Of a DNA stretch of 64,000 nucleotides, positions 47,316 through 57,434 are shown piece after piece. Position 1 is the first letter of the stretch. Every line of letters starts with the position of its first letter. The position numbers were made by a program, and so were the translations under genes. The notes beneath the pieces were generated by a model. That model did not search any database and had not been told where the DNA came from. It saw only the letters and a program-made list of their open reading frames with translations. The DNA is taken from positions 19,681 to 83,680 of the forward strand of contig CAYTED010000006.1 in the NCBI GenBank assembly GCA_964436855.1, given 5' to 3'. The stretch is from an uncultured Bdellovibrionales bacterium. Its GTDB lineage: Bacteria; Patescibacteriota; Minisyncoccia; Moranbacterales; UBA1568.

Positions 47316-48371
47316 ATGCGGGTGAGTTTTCAAAAACTTTTTTTCGTGATCGGAAGTTCTCTTTTTGTATGGATGCAACCGACATCGGTCGGGGCGGCGC
47401 TTGTGCCGTGCGGCATCGGGGATGGTCCGGCGTGTACGCTCTGTCATATTATTGTCGGTGGCAAGGGTTTGATCGACTGGGGAATGAGCATTATGGTGAT
47501 CGTCGGGATCGCGCTTATTACGATTGCCGGTATTCGGTATGTCGTTTCGATCGGTCGATCGGGCGAAATGGGCGCCGCGAAGGGGATGATCGGGAAAACG
47601 CTCGGCGGGATCGCGCTTCTCCTGACGGGATGGTTGATTGTGAATGTAATCATTACCGTTCTTGCAAACGACAATCTCGGTATCGGCATTCAAAAAGAAA
47701 ACTGGTACAAGTTTTCGTGTGATGCGAAATCGGCGATAGAAGCGTCGGCGGAAGGGGCGATTCTTTCTCGCGGGAGTGATTCAAAACAAATCGCTTGTGA
47801 AAATGCCGATACGATGAAATCACGGCTTTCGAGCGGGGGCGGGGTATGCGTCGGGGTATGCCAGAGGAATGCATGCAGTTTTTCCGGTCCGGTCGATATC
47901 GCGATCCGCGAAGCAAAACTCCCGAATGGTATTTCGAGAAACCTTCTTGCCGCGGTGATCTGCCAAGAATCAAGCGGTCGAGCGTCGGCAACCAACACCA
48001 GAGGCTCTTTTACGAGTTGTGGACTGATGCAGGTAAATTCAAACGAGGTCGGCAATACGACCTGTACCGACAAGGTGAATTTGTTTGATCCGAAAATAAA
48101 TATCGAAAAGGGACTGGAAATTCTTTCCAAAAAATTCTCGAGTGTCAGCGCCGAGAAATATAAGACTGTCTCGAAAACGAACCAGGCGCTCGCGGCGTAC
48201 AATTGTTGCGGAAATGGCGAGAATCCGAATACCGAAAGCGTGAGTTGCAAGGCAAATGACGGGTGGGAATCGGTTCCAAGATGGGCGTGTCCGATTGATC
48301 CCGGTGGAATGTGTGTTGTCCGGGAGTATGCGTGCGATGTGGCGCTGTGTGAAGGACAGTATTCATATTAA
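47316..48371 (+). CDS. Pilin (VirB2-like) domain fused to an SLT lytic transglycosylase domain
   Basis: LVPCG..CTLC, pilin TM hairpin, then QESSG, GLMQV, FDPKINI, ALAAYN. Confidence 0.8.
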   Translation: MRVSFQKLFFVIGSSLFVWMQPTSVGAALVPCGIGDGPACTLCHIIVGGKGLIDWGMSIMVIVGIALITIAGIRYVVSIGRSGEMGAAKGMIGKTLGGIALLLTGWLIVNVIITVLANDNLGIGIQKENWYKFSCDAKSAIEASAEGAILSRGSDSKQIACENADTMKSRLSSGGGVCVGVCQRNACSFSGPVDIAIREAKLPNGISRNLLAAVICQESSGRASATNTRGSFTSCGLMQVNSNEVGNTTCTDKVNLFDPKINIEKGLEILSKKFSSVSAEKYKTVSKTNQALAAYNCCGNGENPNTESVSCKANDGWESVPRWACPIDPGGMCVVREYACDVALCEGQYSY

Positions 48372-48531
48372 TCCTGATTTTTTCAAGCAATCTTTCTGTG
48401 CCGGAAAATTTCCAGCGAAACTTTCCTGAAGTTGAAGAAAAAACTTTTCTGCTGGAACAGCAAAGACCGTGCTTTTTTCTTCAAATTCGCCCAGAAAGAT
48501 TCTTGAAAAAAATCAGGAAGGATTCAGTGAT

Positions 48532-48810
48532 ATGATTTTATTTGAAACAGCGAAGGCGGCGGGGGTGATTGAAAGCGCACCATCGGTCGGAGCGCTTTTC
48601 TCGAATATTCTCTTCTTTTTGTTGTCGGTTGTCGGGATCGTTGGTATACTGGGGATGGTGTTCTCCGGTTTTCAGTATCTCTTTTCATTTGGCGATGCCA
48701 AGAGGGTGGAACAGGCGAAAGCATCGTTTCGGTATTCGGTGATCGGCATTCTTGTCGCTCTCGGGGCGCTCATTCTTTTGAAAACGATCGAAGGGTTGTT
48801 GCGACAGTGA
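48532..48810 (+). CDS. T4SS-type pilin (VirB2/TrbC-like)
   Basis: SGFQYLFSFGDAKRVEQAK..YSVIG. Confidence 0.8.
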   Translation: MILFETAKAAGVIESAPSVGALFSNILFFLLSVVGIVGILGMVFSGFQYLFSFGDAKRVEQAKASFRYSVIGILVALGALILLKTIEGLLRQ

Positions 48811-48976
48811 AAGGTTATGGGTACTGAAAAGTTTTTTCCCCTCTCCTTTCGCGGAGGAGGAGGCAGGGGGAGGTGGGAATGAAATCTAAACCCCTCCTCA
48901 ATCCTCCCCGCCAGCTGGCGGAAAAGGGGAGGAAGCGAACTTGGTAAAAATAAAAACAGAAAGGAGGTGACGGCAC

Positions 48977-49342
48977 ATGATACAAACAATGAAAAAAATC
49001 GGATATGGAATTGCTGCGAGCGCAATGATGTCGGCTCCGATGGCGGCATTCGCGCAGTGGAATGCGAGCAATTACTCAAGTAGCGGTCTTTCCAATACGA
49101 GCGTGACCACACTTATCGTGAACATAATGAAGTGGCTCCTCTATCTCCTTGGATTCATCGCTATTATCGGATTTGTTATCGCGGGCGTTCTCTATCTTAC
49201 CGCGTACGGTGATAAGGAGCAGATCGACAAGGCGAAAAAAGCGATGCTCTATTCGATTGTTGGCGTGCTTGTGGCACTGATCGGATTTATCGTCGTTACC
49301 GCGGTCACCAATTTCCTTTCGGGAGGAACGACCTCGATTTAA
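48977..49342 (+). CDS. T4SS-type pilin (VirB2/TrbC-like)
   Basis: Signal AFA, GVLYLTAYGDKEQIDKAKK..YSIVG. Confidence 0.85.
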   Translation: MIQTMKKIGYGIAASAMMSAPMAAFAQWNASNYSSSGLSNTSVTTLIVNIMKWLLYLLGFIAIIGFVIAGVLYLTAYGDKEQIDKAKKAMLYSIVGVLVALIGFIVVTAVTNFLSGGTTSI

Positions 49343-49466
49343 TGCAGAGAAGTCAAAGTGTATACACTTCGAAACAATCCCGCCTTTTTGGCGGATTGTT
49401 TTTTTTCGTGCGTATGGGATAATATGGGAAGAAGAGAAGGTATATTTGATAACAGATAATTTTTTT

Positions 49467-50078
49467 ATGAAGAAATATTTTTTTGTCTCGTTTGTATTTT
49501 TTGCAGCTCTTGTTTTCTTTGGTTTTCAGGGGGCGGCGTTTGCGCAGCTTGCTCCGCTTCAGTGTGTATCTGAAAATGCATCGTGTCAGCTCAATAATAC
49601 TACGATAGGTATATGTAAGAAGGTGTGTTCTGAATTTGACAACTCCTGCGGGCTTTCTTGTTCTGCTGATCCAAATGCCAAGACAAGTACAGCACTCCCG
49701 ACTCCCTCGACGAGTACGACGCAGCAGAGCCCAACCCAGGCGCAAAGCAGTACGAGCGCCCCTGTTCCGGTAACCTCTATCAAGCGTACCGGGCCGATTG
49801 TTCCGTCGTCGCAGGAACTTTTCGGATTGCCGGATACGTCAATTACGACACTGATTACGAATCTGATGGGGTGGCTCCTCTATATTTTCGGATTTATCGC
49901 GATTATCGCCTTTATTATTTCGGGATTGCAGTATCTGACGTCGGCGGGGGACTCGAAACAAATTGAGACCGCAGAATCAACAATGAAATATGCAATGCTT
50001 GGTGTCCTTGTAACGCTCGGATCGCTTGTTGTGATCAAGGCGATCGAACGAATGCTCCGCGCCTCGCTTATTTTCTGA
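49467..50078 (+). CDS. T4SS-type pilin with a Cys-rich N-domain and Ser/Thr linker
   Basis: GLQYLTSAGDSKQIETA..YAMLG. Confidence 0.82.
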   Translation: MKKYFFVSFVFFAALVFFGFQGAAFAQLAPLQCVSENASCQLNNTTIGICKKVCSEFDNSCGLSCSADPNAKTSTALPTPSTSTTQQSPTQAQSSTSAPVPVTSIKRTGPIVPSSQELFGLPDTSITTLITNLMGWLLYIFGFIAIIAFIISGLQYLTSAGDSKQIETAESTMKYAMLGVLVTLGSLVVIKAIERMLRASLIF

Positions 50079-50091
50079 AATGTTTTTCTGT

Positions 50092-50847
50092 ATGACCCGA
50101 CATCGAAATACTTTTTTTTCTTTTGTTCTCGCTTCGCTCGTGTTTTTTTCCGGAGCTGCTTCGGTTTCGGCACAAGCGCCGAGTTGTGCAAGTTTTGGCG
50201 GGACATGTGAATTAAGTTGTGATCTTTCGGTGACAGAGGATAAGACACCGGTATCTGATTGTAAAATTCCACCGAAGCAGACTTGTTGCGTCGCAAAAAA
50301 ATCACCCACGTCTTCGTCGGTAGGTCTGTCCGATGTTCAAATCACCAATTCTTTGAAATACGATTCCGTGGAAGCATTTGTTTCGGCGGTGCTTGTTACA
50401 ATTCAAGGGATTGTCGCGACGCTTGCGGTGCTTGCGATCGTGATCGGCGGCGTTCTCTATATTATTTCCGCTGGCAATTCGACGTGGATGGGGTATGCGA
50501 AAGGAGCGATTACCGGGGCGCTTATCGGACTCGCTCTCGTGATCGCGGCACCATCGTTTTTGAAAGAAATTTACGATATCCTTGGCGCTCGAAACAAACC
50601 GGCTGAAGTTTCGGCGGCGCTTTCTCTTACGCAGATTGCGATGAATGTGCTCAATTTCCTCCTCTCCATTATCGGTGTCCTCGCGGTGATTATGCTCATT
50701 ATCGGCGGGCTCACTTATCTCACTTCGGCGGGGGATACGAAGCGTATCGAAACCGGTCGGAATATCGTAAAATACGCGTTCATCGGTATTACGGTCGCCC
50801 TTGCGTCGCTTATTCTTATCCGAACGGTCGAAGGACTGCTTCGGTAA
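50092..50847 (+). CDS. Tandem double pilin-domain protein
   Basis: Cys-rich N-domain, GGVLYIISAGN..AK and GGLTYLTSAGD..G repeats. Confidence 0.82.
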   Translation: MTRHRNTFFSFVLASLVFFSGAASVSAQAPSCASFGGTCELSCDLSVTEDKTPVSDCKIPPKQTCCVAKKSPTSSSVGLSDVQITNSLKYDSVEAFVSAVLVTIQGIVATLAVLAIVIGGVLYIISAGNSTWMGYAKGAITGALIGLALVIAAPSFLKEIYDILGARNKPAEVSAALSLTQIAMNVLNFLLSIIGVLAVIMLIIGGLTYLTSAGDTKRIETGRNIVKYAFIGITVALASLILIRTVEGLLR

Positions 50848-50910
50848 TTTATTCTTGAAAAACAAAAACGGGCGAAGCGCGATGATACTGTGCTTGCCCG
50901 TCTTTACCTC

Positions 50911-52044
50911 CTACAACCGGATTCCGGTGTAGAAGTTGATCTTGATTTGCGTGGGACCGCTCAAGATCAAAGTGGTTTTCAATGTGCTAGGGATATTGAA
51001 TTCCCCGGAGGCACACCCACCTACATCGCTCTCGAACTCTCCGTCACCCGGGAGGGCTTTGTTGAGAACGAGTGCCCACGCGCGGTTTTTCGGACCCGGG
51101 AGCATCTCTCCTTTCGGATCGACACTCTCCGTACCGCTCACGTCGCGGGCTCGCTTTTCGTACTCGACGCCGTTTGACGTTTCGTATCCAACAATGAGCG
51201 ACCCGTCGACCTTGAACCGATATTGTTGCATCGGCTCGAGCCCACAGACCTCGATCGGCTTCGCGAGCGAGTCGACTCGGATGATTTTTTCGAGGCCGAC
51301 CACCTTTGCTTTGAGAGCATCGGTTCTTGGCGTCTTCCTCACCTCCGCGTAAACTTTCTTCACGAGCTCGGGATGGTCTTTCCTTGAAAGGTTTCCCTTT
51401 CGGAGCTCTTCCATCTCGCGGGCTTTCGCGGCATTCTCCCGATCTTCGAGATCGTTGAGAATTTGCTGTGCCGCCACTTGTTGTGGTGGTGTCGCAAAGG
51501 CGCGGAGTGGATCGAACCCCAAGAGGTTGATCCTCGTGGCCGATGGGAACATCGCCACGATTCCGACGGCACACATCGCGAGGAATATCCACGCCGTGAT
51601 TCGCCGGTACCACTTTACCGGCGTTTGGTAGTGCCAACACCAGAATCCGAAGCCGATGAGCCCCGCGACGAGGATCATCGATTGGATGAAGTTGCCTTTG
51701 AGGGGGAGTAGGAACGTCGCCCCTACAAAGGCTGCGAGGAAGAGGCCAGCCGAGACGCAGAAGTTTTTGTACTTCTTGAACGCGTCGTCGACCGCGAGTC
51801 CCACGACTCCGACCATCACGAGCACGTACGGCTGTATTGCGAAGTATGTGACCGCCGCAATCGCCGGGATGAGGAGGAGGACATTCACGAGTTCCTTGCC
51901 GATGAATCCGGCAAAGATCATGCCGAGTCCGAACAGTACCAGATTCACGACGACCCGGAAATACAGGGTGTCGTAGAAGATCTGGGCATTGCGTCCGGCT
52001 CGGAGGAATGCGAGCTGTGCAGCCCGCCGAATCAGTGTGAACAT
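50911..52044 (-). CDS. Hypothetical membrane protein
   Basis: About 6 TM plus a soluble C-domain; AAGGAG RBS. Confidence 0.7.
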   Translation of the reverse strand: MFTLIRRAAQLAFLRAGRNAQIFYDTLYFRVVVNLVLFGLGMIFAGFIGKELVNVLLLIPAIAAVTYFAIQPYVLVMVGVVGLAVDDAFKKYKNFCVSAGLFLAAFVGATFLLPLKGNFIQSMILVAGLIGFGFWCWHYQTPVKWYRRITAWIFLAMCAVGIVAMFPSATRINLLGFDPLRAFATPPQQVAAQQILNDLEDRENAAKAREMEELRKGNLSRKDHPELVKKVYAEVRKTPRTDALKAKVVGLEKIIRVDSLAKPIEVCGLEPMQQYRFKVDGSLIVGYETSNGVEYEKRARDVSGTESVDPKGEMLPGPKNRAWALVLNKALPGDGEFESDVGGCASGEFNIPSTLKTTLILSGPTQIKINFYTGIRL

Positions 52045-52067
52045 TTAATACTCCTTTCCCCGAACCT

Positions 52068-52841
52068 TCAGAAGGTCCGGATATCGTTGTTGGTCATGAG
52101 CATGAAAGCTACCATGCCCACGATGGCGAGTACTGCGAGGAGGTACCAGAGCATTCGACCGGGTTTATCGTTGGCCGTCCGCTCCGTCAACCACTCACGC
52201 CCTTGGCGCTCGTGATCACGTTGCCATCCGTCGAGCTGCGATTTCAATTCCTCGACGGAGTTCACTCCGAAGAGTTTGAAAATCTCTTTCTGAAGTTTGA
52301 CGCTCTTTACGAGTCGGATGACATACTTCAAATCATCCTTTGGACCCGAAAGGGTCTTGGAATCACGAAGTATCTTCACGGCTTCTTTTGGATCCATCGA
52401 GCAAAAAAGCTTGAGGATCATTGCTCCGCGGATATTTCCGACGGTTTTGGCATCATGATACCCGCCTTGACCATCGGGGATCCTGATCGTTACATCACTT
52501 TCGCGACGACCGATCATTTGGTAGAACTTTTTGCATTCGCCCGGATTCTTTTTGAGTATACCGAGAATTTGAGCAAGATGGTTGAGTTCTTGTTGGTTCA
52601 GTATGCCCTTGTTTTGACCAAGAGCAACCGCCCCCCAGAACAACGTTTCATCATCAAGGCCAAATCCAAATGGATCTGCGGCGAGCTTGTCCTTATCAGG
52701 TGCTTGTTGTTGCACGCCTTCGAATTTCTGACGTGCCGCCCCTATCGCTTGGCCGATCGTCCCATAACCCAGGAACGAGCCGAGCGTTTCAAATCCTCCG
52801 AGGATTTTTTTCCAGGTTTCCCTGTTGTCAACCATCTCCAT
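52068..52841 (-). CDS. Hypothetical protein with a C-terminal TM
   Basis: 257-aa ORF, purine-rich RBS. Confidence 0.7.
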   Translation of the reverse strand: MEMVDNRETWKKILGGFETLGSFLGYGTIGQAIGAARQKFEGVQQQAPDKDKLAADPFGFGLDDETLFWGAVALGQNKGILNQQELNHLAQILGILKKNPGECKKFYQMIGRRESDVTIRIPDGQGGYHDAKTVGNIRGAMILKLFCSMDPKEAVKILRDSKTLSGPKDDLKYVIRLVKSVKLQKEIFKLFGVNSVEELKSQLDGWQRDHERQGREWLTERTANDKPGRMLWYLLAVLAIVGMVAFMLMTNNDIRTF

Positions 52842-52928
52842 TCCCTTCTCCTCCGCTTGGGAGGTAAAAAATTGGTAAAGTGCCTGTTACAAATGATGCC
52901 TGAACAGGCTCTGATTTTGTAACACTCT

Positions 52929-52957
52929 ATATTAGCACAAAATTGAGAAAAAGTCAA
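52929..52957 (-). promoter_or_regulatory. Putative sigma70 promoter
   Basis: TTGACT-17 bp-TAATAT on the minus strand. Confidence 0.5.
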
Positions 52958-53189
52958 GTGTAAAAAACGAGATATTGAGCTTTATATAAGCCTCAATTTC
53001 GATGAACAAGGAGGGAATTTTTATGGATTTAAAGACTCGGTGTCTTGACGAAGGTAAAAGGCTTTTTCTTTCTCCTCCAAAAAAGAGGGTAGAGTGAGGT
53101 AAAAGTGAGAGTAAAATCCGAACCCCTCCTCAATCCTCCCCTTAGAAAGGGGATGAGGTTAGGGATTTTTGTTTTGAACTTGCTTGCTT

Positions 53190-53218
53190 TTGACATTCGT
53201 GACTTGAGATGCTATACT
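53190..53218 (+). promoter_or_regulatory. Sigma70 promoter of the nusA operon
   Basis: TTGACA-17 bp-TATACT. Confidence 0.75.
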
Positions 53219-53429
53219 GTCCTTGTAATGAGTGGTCTCGGATGTTCGCGATTGGTTCGCGGATTCTTTTTTTCGAAAAAACATTTTTTCGAAAAAATGC
53301 AAAATGAAAATATCAAAAATCAAAATGACACTGTAAAATGAAAAATTTTCGGACTTTCTCATTTTCCCATTTTGAATTTTTGATTGTCATTTTTCACTTT
53401 GATTTTTAAGTTTTAAATTTTCTATAATT

Positions 53430-54737
53430 ATGCCAAAGAAAAAGGTGGTACAAGATGAAGAATCGCAGGAGGCGGGAAGTCTTTCGGGACGACTGGGTGA
53501 ATTCGGAAGTGCGGTGATGCAGATTGCCGATGAGAAGGGAATCGATCGAGGGAAGGTTGTGGAAATTGTCGAGGCGGCGCTTGCGGCCGCGTACAAGAAG
53601 GATTACGGCAAAAAGGGGCAGGTGATTCGTGCCGAGTTTGATGAAGTTACGAAAACCGCGAAATATTTTCTTGTGAAAGAGGTGGTCGATGAAACGACCC
53701 GCGATTTTACCGTTCCTGAAGAGAGCGAAGAAGGAAATGAAAAGGAGGAAAAAGGAAGCGTGGAAAAAGTCGACGAAAAGGCTGAAGAGATGGGTGAAGA
53801 TGTTCCCGAAGAAGATCGTCTCCCGCGGTATAATCCGGAGCGTGATCTCACTCTCGAAGAAGCGAAACAGGGAAAGAAGAATGCAAAAGTAGGCGATACG
53901 ATCGAGATCGAACTTGAATCGCACGATGAGTTTGGTCGTGTGGCGGCGCAGACTGCCAAGCAGGTGATTATTCAGCGTGTGCGTGAAGCGGAACGCGAAT
54001 CAATGTTTGAAGAATACAAGGGTCGCGAAGGGCAAATGGTATCCGGCGTGGTGCAACGAATCGAGGGACGGAATGTGTTTCTTGATCTTGGAAAATCGAT
54101 CGGTATTCTCTTTCCGTCGGAACAGGTGGAAGGAGAAAATTATCGAATTGGTCAGCACGTGAAGGTGTATCTTGTGCGCGTGGAAAGTGATCCGAAGGGA
54201 CCGGGACTTCTTTTGTCGCGAACGCATCCGGAGATGATTCGGCAACTTTTTTCACTCGAAGTTCCGGAAGTATACTCCGGAATCGTCGAGATTAAGGCGA
54301 TTTCTCGCGAGGCGGGATCGCGCGCAAAGATTGCGGTGGTATCGACACAGGAAGGCGTTGATCCGATCGGGTCGTGTGTGGGGCAAAAAGGAACGCGCGT
54401 GCAGGCGGTAATCGACGAGCTCGGCGGCGAGAAAATCGATATTATCGAATGGAACGAAGATCCGAAAAAGTTTATCGCTGCGGCATTGTCGCCGGCGAAG
54501 GTATTGAACGTGGAAATCGTGGAGGATTCCGAGGGACGAAGAGCGATTGTTACGGTTCCGTCGGATCAACTTTCGCTTGCTATCGGAAAACGCGGACAGA
54601 ACGTGCGTCTTGCGGCGAAACTTACCGGATATCGGATTGATGTTTCGGCAACGGATGCGGTTGTTGAAGAAGAAACTCCATCGGAAGAAGCTTCTCCGGA
54701 AGAATCTCCGGAAGTTTCCGAAGAGACGAAGGATTAA
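53430..54737 (+). CDS. nusA: Transcription termination factor NusA
   Basis: FGRVAAQTAKQVIIQRVREAER, S1 and KH domains, LAIGKRGQNVRLA. Confidence 0.97.
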   Translation: MPKKKVVQDEESQEAGSLSGRLGEFGSAVMQIADEKGIDRGKVVEIVEAALAAAYKKDYGKKGQVIRAEFDEVTKTAKYFLVKEVVDETTRDFTVPEESEEGNEKEEKGSVEKVDEKAEEMGEDVPEEDRLPRYNPERDLTLEEAKQGKKNAKVGDTIEIELESHDEFGRVAAQTAKQVIIQRVREAERESMFEEYKGREGQMVSGVVQRIEGRNVFLDLGKSIGILFPSEQVEGENYRIGQHVKVYLVRVESDPKGPGLLLSRTHPEMIRQLFSLEVPEVYSGIVEIKAISREAGSRAKIAVVSTQEGVDPIGSCVGQKGTRVQAVIDELGGEKIDIIEWNEDPKKFIAAALSPAKVLNVEIVEDSEGRRAIVTVPSDQLSLAIGKRGQNVRLAAKLTGYRIDVSATDAVVEEETPSEEASPEESPEVSEETKD

Positions 54738-54788
54738 TTTTTTCTTCTCTTGATTCCTGATTCTTAATTCTTAATTCTTCTAATAACT

Positions 54789-55319
54789 ATGAACTTGTGG
54801 CATGAAGTTTCATCGGGAAAAAATACGCCTGAATTGATCAATGTAATTGTGGAGATTCCAAAGGGATCAAAAAACAAATACGAGATCGATAAGGAAACAG
54901 GGATGATTAAGCTTGATCGCGCGATGAAGTCCGCGCAGGACTACCCATTTGATTACGGTTTCGTTCCCCGGTCACTTTGGGAGGATGGCGATGCGCTTGA
55001 TGTTGTGCTGCTCACAACCTATCCGCTTGCCCCGGGAATTCTTGTTGAAGCGCGACCGGTTGCGGTGATGCATATGATTGATGGCGGAGAGGGTGATGAT
55101 AAAGTGATTGCCGTGCCGAAGAACGATCCGCGCTGGGAAGAGGTTGATGATTTGAGCGGAATCAACAAGCATACCGTAAAAGAAATTCAGCATTTTTTCG
55201 AGACATACAAGAGTATTGAAGGAAAGAGTGTGGAAATTACGGGAGTGGAGGGTCGCGAGGCGGCATTTGAGGCGGTCAAGAAAGGCCTTGCGATGTATCA
55301 GGAAAAATTCAATAAATGA
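54789..55319 (+). CDS. ppa: Inorganic pyrophosphatase
   Basis: EIPKGSKNKYE, DGDALDV, DDK, FFETYK. Confidence 0.96.
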   Translation: MNLWHEVSSGKNTPELINVIVEIPKGSKNKYEIDKETGMIKLDRAMKSAQDYPFDYGFVPRSLWEDGDALDVVLLTTYPLAPGILVEARPVAVMHMIDGGEGDDKVIAVPKNDPRWEEVDDLSGINKHTVKEIQHFFETYKSIEGKSVEITGVEGREAAFEAVKKGLAMYQEKFNK

Positions 55320-55398
55320 TTTATGATTTTAGATTGAGGATTTAAGAATGATTTATAAATCATACATCATAAATCTTTAATCTGTTCTGTGTGATGTT

Positions 55399-56688
55399 AT
55401 GGAAATTTCGATGAAAAAATTGCCGCAGTCGCGGGTAGAAATGAAAGTGTCTCTTCCGTGGGAGGAATGGTCGAAATATATCGACGAAGCGGTGGAACAT
55501 ATCGCGCATGAGGTAAAGGTGCCGGGGTTTCGACCGGGCCGGACGCCGAAAGCGATGCTTGAGAAGAAGGTGGGGAAGGGTATGATGCTTGCGGAGGCGG
55601 CGGAGCACGCGATTCAGCACGCGTATCCGGAAGCGCTTGAGAAGGAGAAAATCGATGCGATCGGTCGGCCGGACGTTGAACTTGAGTCGGTCAAGGAAAA
55701 CGAAGCACTTGTTTTTTCCGCGAAAACCGATATCGTGCCGGAAATCGAATTGAAAGATTGGCGAAAATCGGTGAAGAAGACGAATGAGACGTTTGCGAAA
55801 AAACCTTTTGCGGTAACAGAAGAGGAAGTGACTGCGGAGATTGATCGGTTGCGCGATATGCGATCGGAATTGGCGCCCGTTGATCGTCCGGCACAAAATG
55901 ATGATGTGCTTGAAATTGATTTTGATGTTTTTGTTGATAACGTATTGATTGACGGCGGATCGGCGAAAAATCATCCGATTGTTCTTGGGAAGAAAACATT
56001 TATTCCCGGATTTGAGGACGCACTTCTTGGTACGAAAACGGGGGAGTCGAAAGAGTTTGAACTTTCGTTTCCGAGTGAATATCACGCAAAACATCTTGCC
56101 GGCAAGCAAGCGACCTTCAAGGTGAAGGTGAATGCCGTGAAAGAGAAAAAACTTCCGGAATTGTCGGATACCTTTTCGGCTTCGGTAGGGAGTTTCAAAA
56201 CCGTACAGGAACTTACGGAGAGCGTTCGGAAGGGGCTGGAAGAAGAGGGGAAGGAAAAACTCAAAGAAGAACGGCGCGCGGCGATTCTTGATGCGCTTGT
56301 GGAATCATCGACGGTTGAGTTTCCGGTGTCGCTTGTGGAAGAAGAAAAGAAACGAATGCTTTCCGAATTCAGTCGGCAGGTTTCGATGACGGGACTCGAG
56401 TTTTCGGAGTATTTGAAACAAATGAAGAAGACTGAAGAAGAACTGGCGAAGGAATGGGAGCCGCAGGCGAAGAAACGTCTCTCTGCGGGGCTCGCGATCG
56501 AACGGGTTGCCGACGAGAATGAAATCGAAATCGAGAATGATGCCGTCGAGGCGGAGATGAATCAGGCGTTTCGGTATTTCAAAAATGTGAAGGACGCGGA
56601 AAAAAATCTCGATATGCAGGCGCTCTATCGGTCCGTGCGGAATCGATTGAGGAATGAAAAGGCGTTTGAGTTGCTTGAAAAAATGTAA
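55399..56688 (+). CDS. tig: Trigger factor
   Basis: VPGFRPG, FIPGFED, FP..YH..LAGK. Confidence 0.96.
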   Translation: MEISMKKLPQSRVEMKVSLPWEEWSKYIDEAVEHIAHEVKVPGFRPGRTPKAMLEKKVGKGMMLAEAAEHAIQHAYPEALEKEKIDAIGRPDVELESVKENEALVFSAKTDIVPEIELKDWRKSVKKTNETFAKKPFAVTEEEVTAEIDRLRDMRSELAPVDRPAQNDDVLEIDFDVFVDNVLIDGGSAKNHPIVLGKKTFIPGFEDALLGTKTGESKEFELSFPSEYHAKHLAGKQATFKVKVNAVKEKKLPELSDTFSASVGSFKTVQELTESVRKGLEEEGKEKLKEERRAAILDALVESSTVEFPVSLVEEEKKRMLSEFSRQVSMTGLEFSEYLKQMKKTEEELAKEWEPQAKKRLSAGLAIERVADENEIEIENDAVEAEMNQAFRYFKNVKDAEKNLDMQALYRSVRNRLRNEKAFELLEKM

Positions 56689-56776
56689 AATGTAAATATC
56701 AAAATGGAAAAAGATGATTTTACATTTTACACTGTCATTTTGATTTTTGATTTTTTCATTTTTCATTCAGAGGCTT

Positions 56777-57361
56777 ATGAAAAACAATTATTTAGTGCCG
56801 ATGGTGGTCGAGAAGACGAATCTCGGGGAGCGGGCATACGATATCTACTCGCGTCTCTTGAAGGACCGAATTATTTTTCTCGGTTCGCCGATCGATGACG
56901 ATGTGGCGAATGCGATTATCGCGCAGCTTCTCTTTCTTGATTCGCAAAATTCGAAGGAAGATATCAAGATGTATATCAATTCCCCGGGCGGATCGGTAAC
57001 GGCGGCGCTTGCGATGTATGACACCATGCAATATGTGAAAGCGGATGTGCAGACAATCTGTATCGGTATGGCGGCATCGGCAGCGGCACTCCTCTTGTCG
57101 TCCGGGAAAAAAGGAAAACGTTTTGCGCTTCCGAACAGTGAAGTGATGATTCATCAGGTGCTTGGCGGTGCGCAGGGGCAGGCGACGGAAATCGATATTC
57201 ACGCGCGACATATTCTGAAAACGCGCGATCGCTTGAATAAAATTCTCGCGAAGCACACGGGGCAGAAACTCGCGAAAATCGAACGCGATACGGACCGCGA
57301 TTATTTTCTGTCGGCCGAAGAAGCGCAGAAGTACGGCATTGTCGACAAGGTGATTGAGTAA
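56777..57361 (+). CDS. clpP: ATP-dependent Clp protease proteolytic subunit
   Basis: [31 protein letters not shown]. Confidence 0.97.
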   Translation: MKNNYLVPMVVEKTNLGERAYDIYSRLLKDRIIFLGSPIDDDVANAIIAQLLFLDSQNSKEDIKMYINSPGGSVTAALAMYDTMQYVKADVQTICIGMAASAAALLLSSGKKGKRFALPNSEVMIHQVLGGAQGQATEIDIHARHILKTRDRLNKILAKHTGQKLAKIERDTDRDYFLSAEEAQKYGIVDKVIE

Positions 57362-57396
57362 GTGCGAATAACAGATAATAGAGGATAATCAGCATG

Positions 57397-57424
57397 AAAT
57401 CCGCCCAGTTGGGCGGATTTTTTT
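57397..57424. terminator. Terminator hairpin between convergent genes
   Basis: aaatccgccca-gt-tgggcggatttttt. Confidence 0.75.
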
Positions 57425-57434
57425 ATGGGAATTT

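Noticed and set aside
42815-47693. Long antisense ORFs over infB and the solute-binding/pilin genes
   Set aside because: Shadow ORFs opposite well-supported genes
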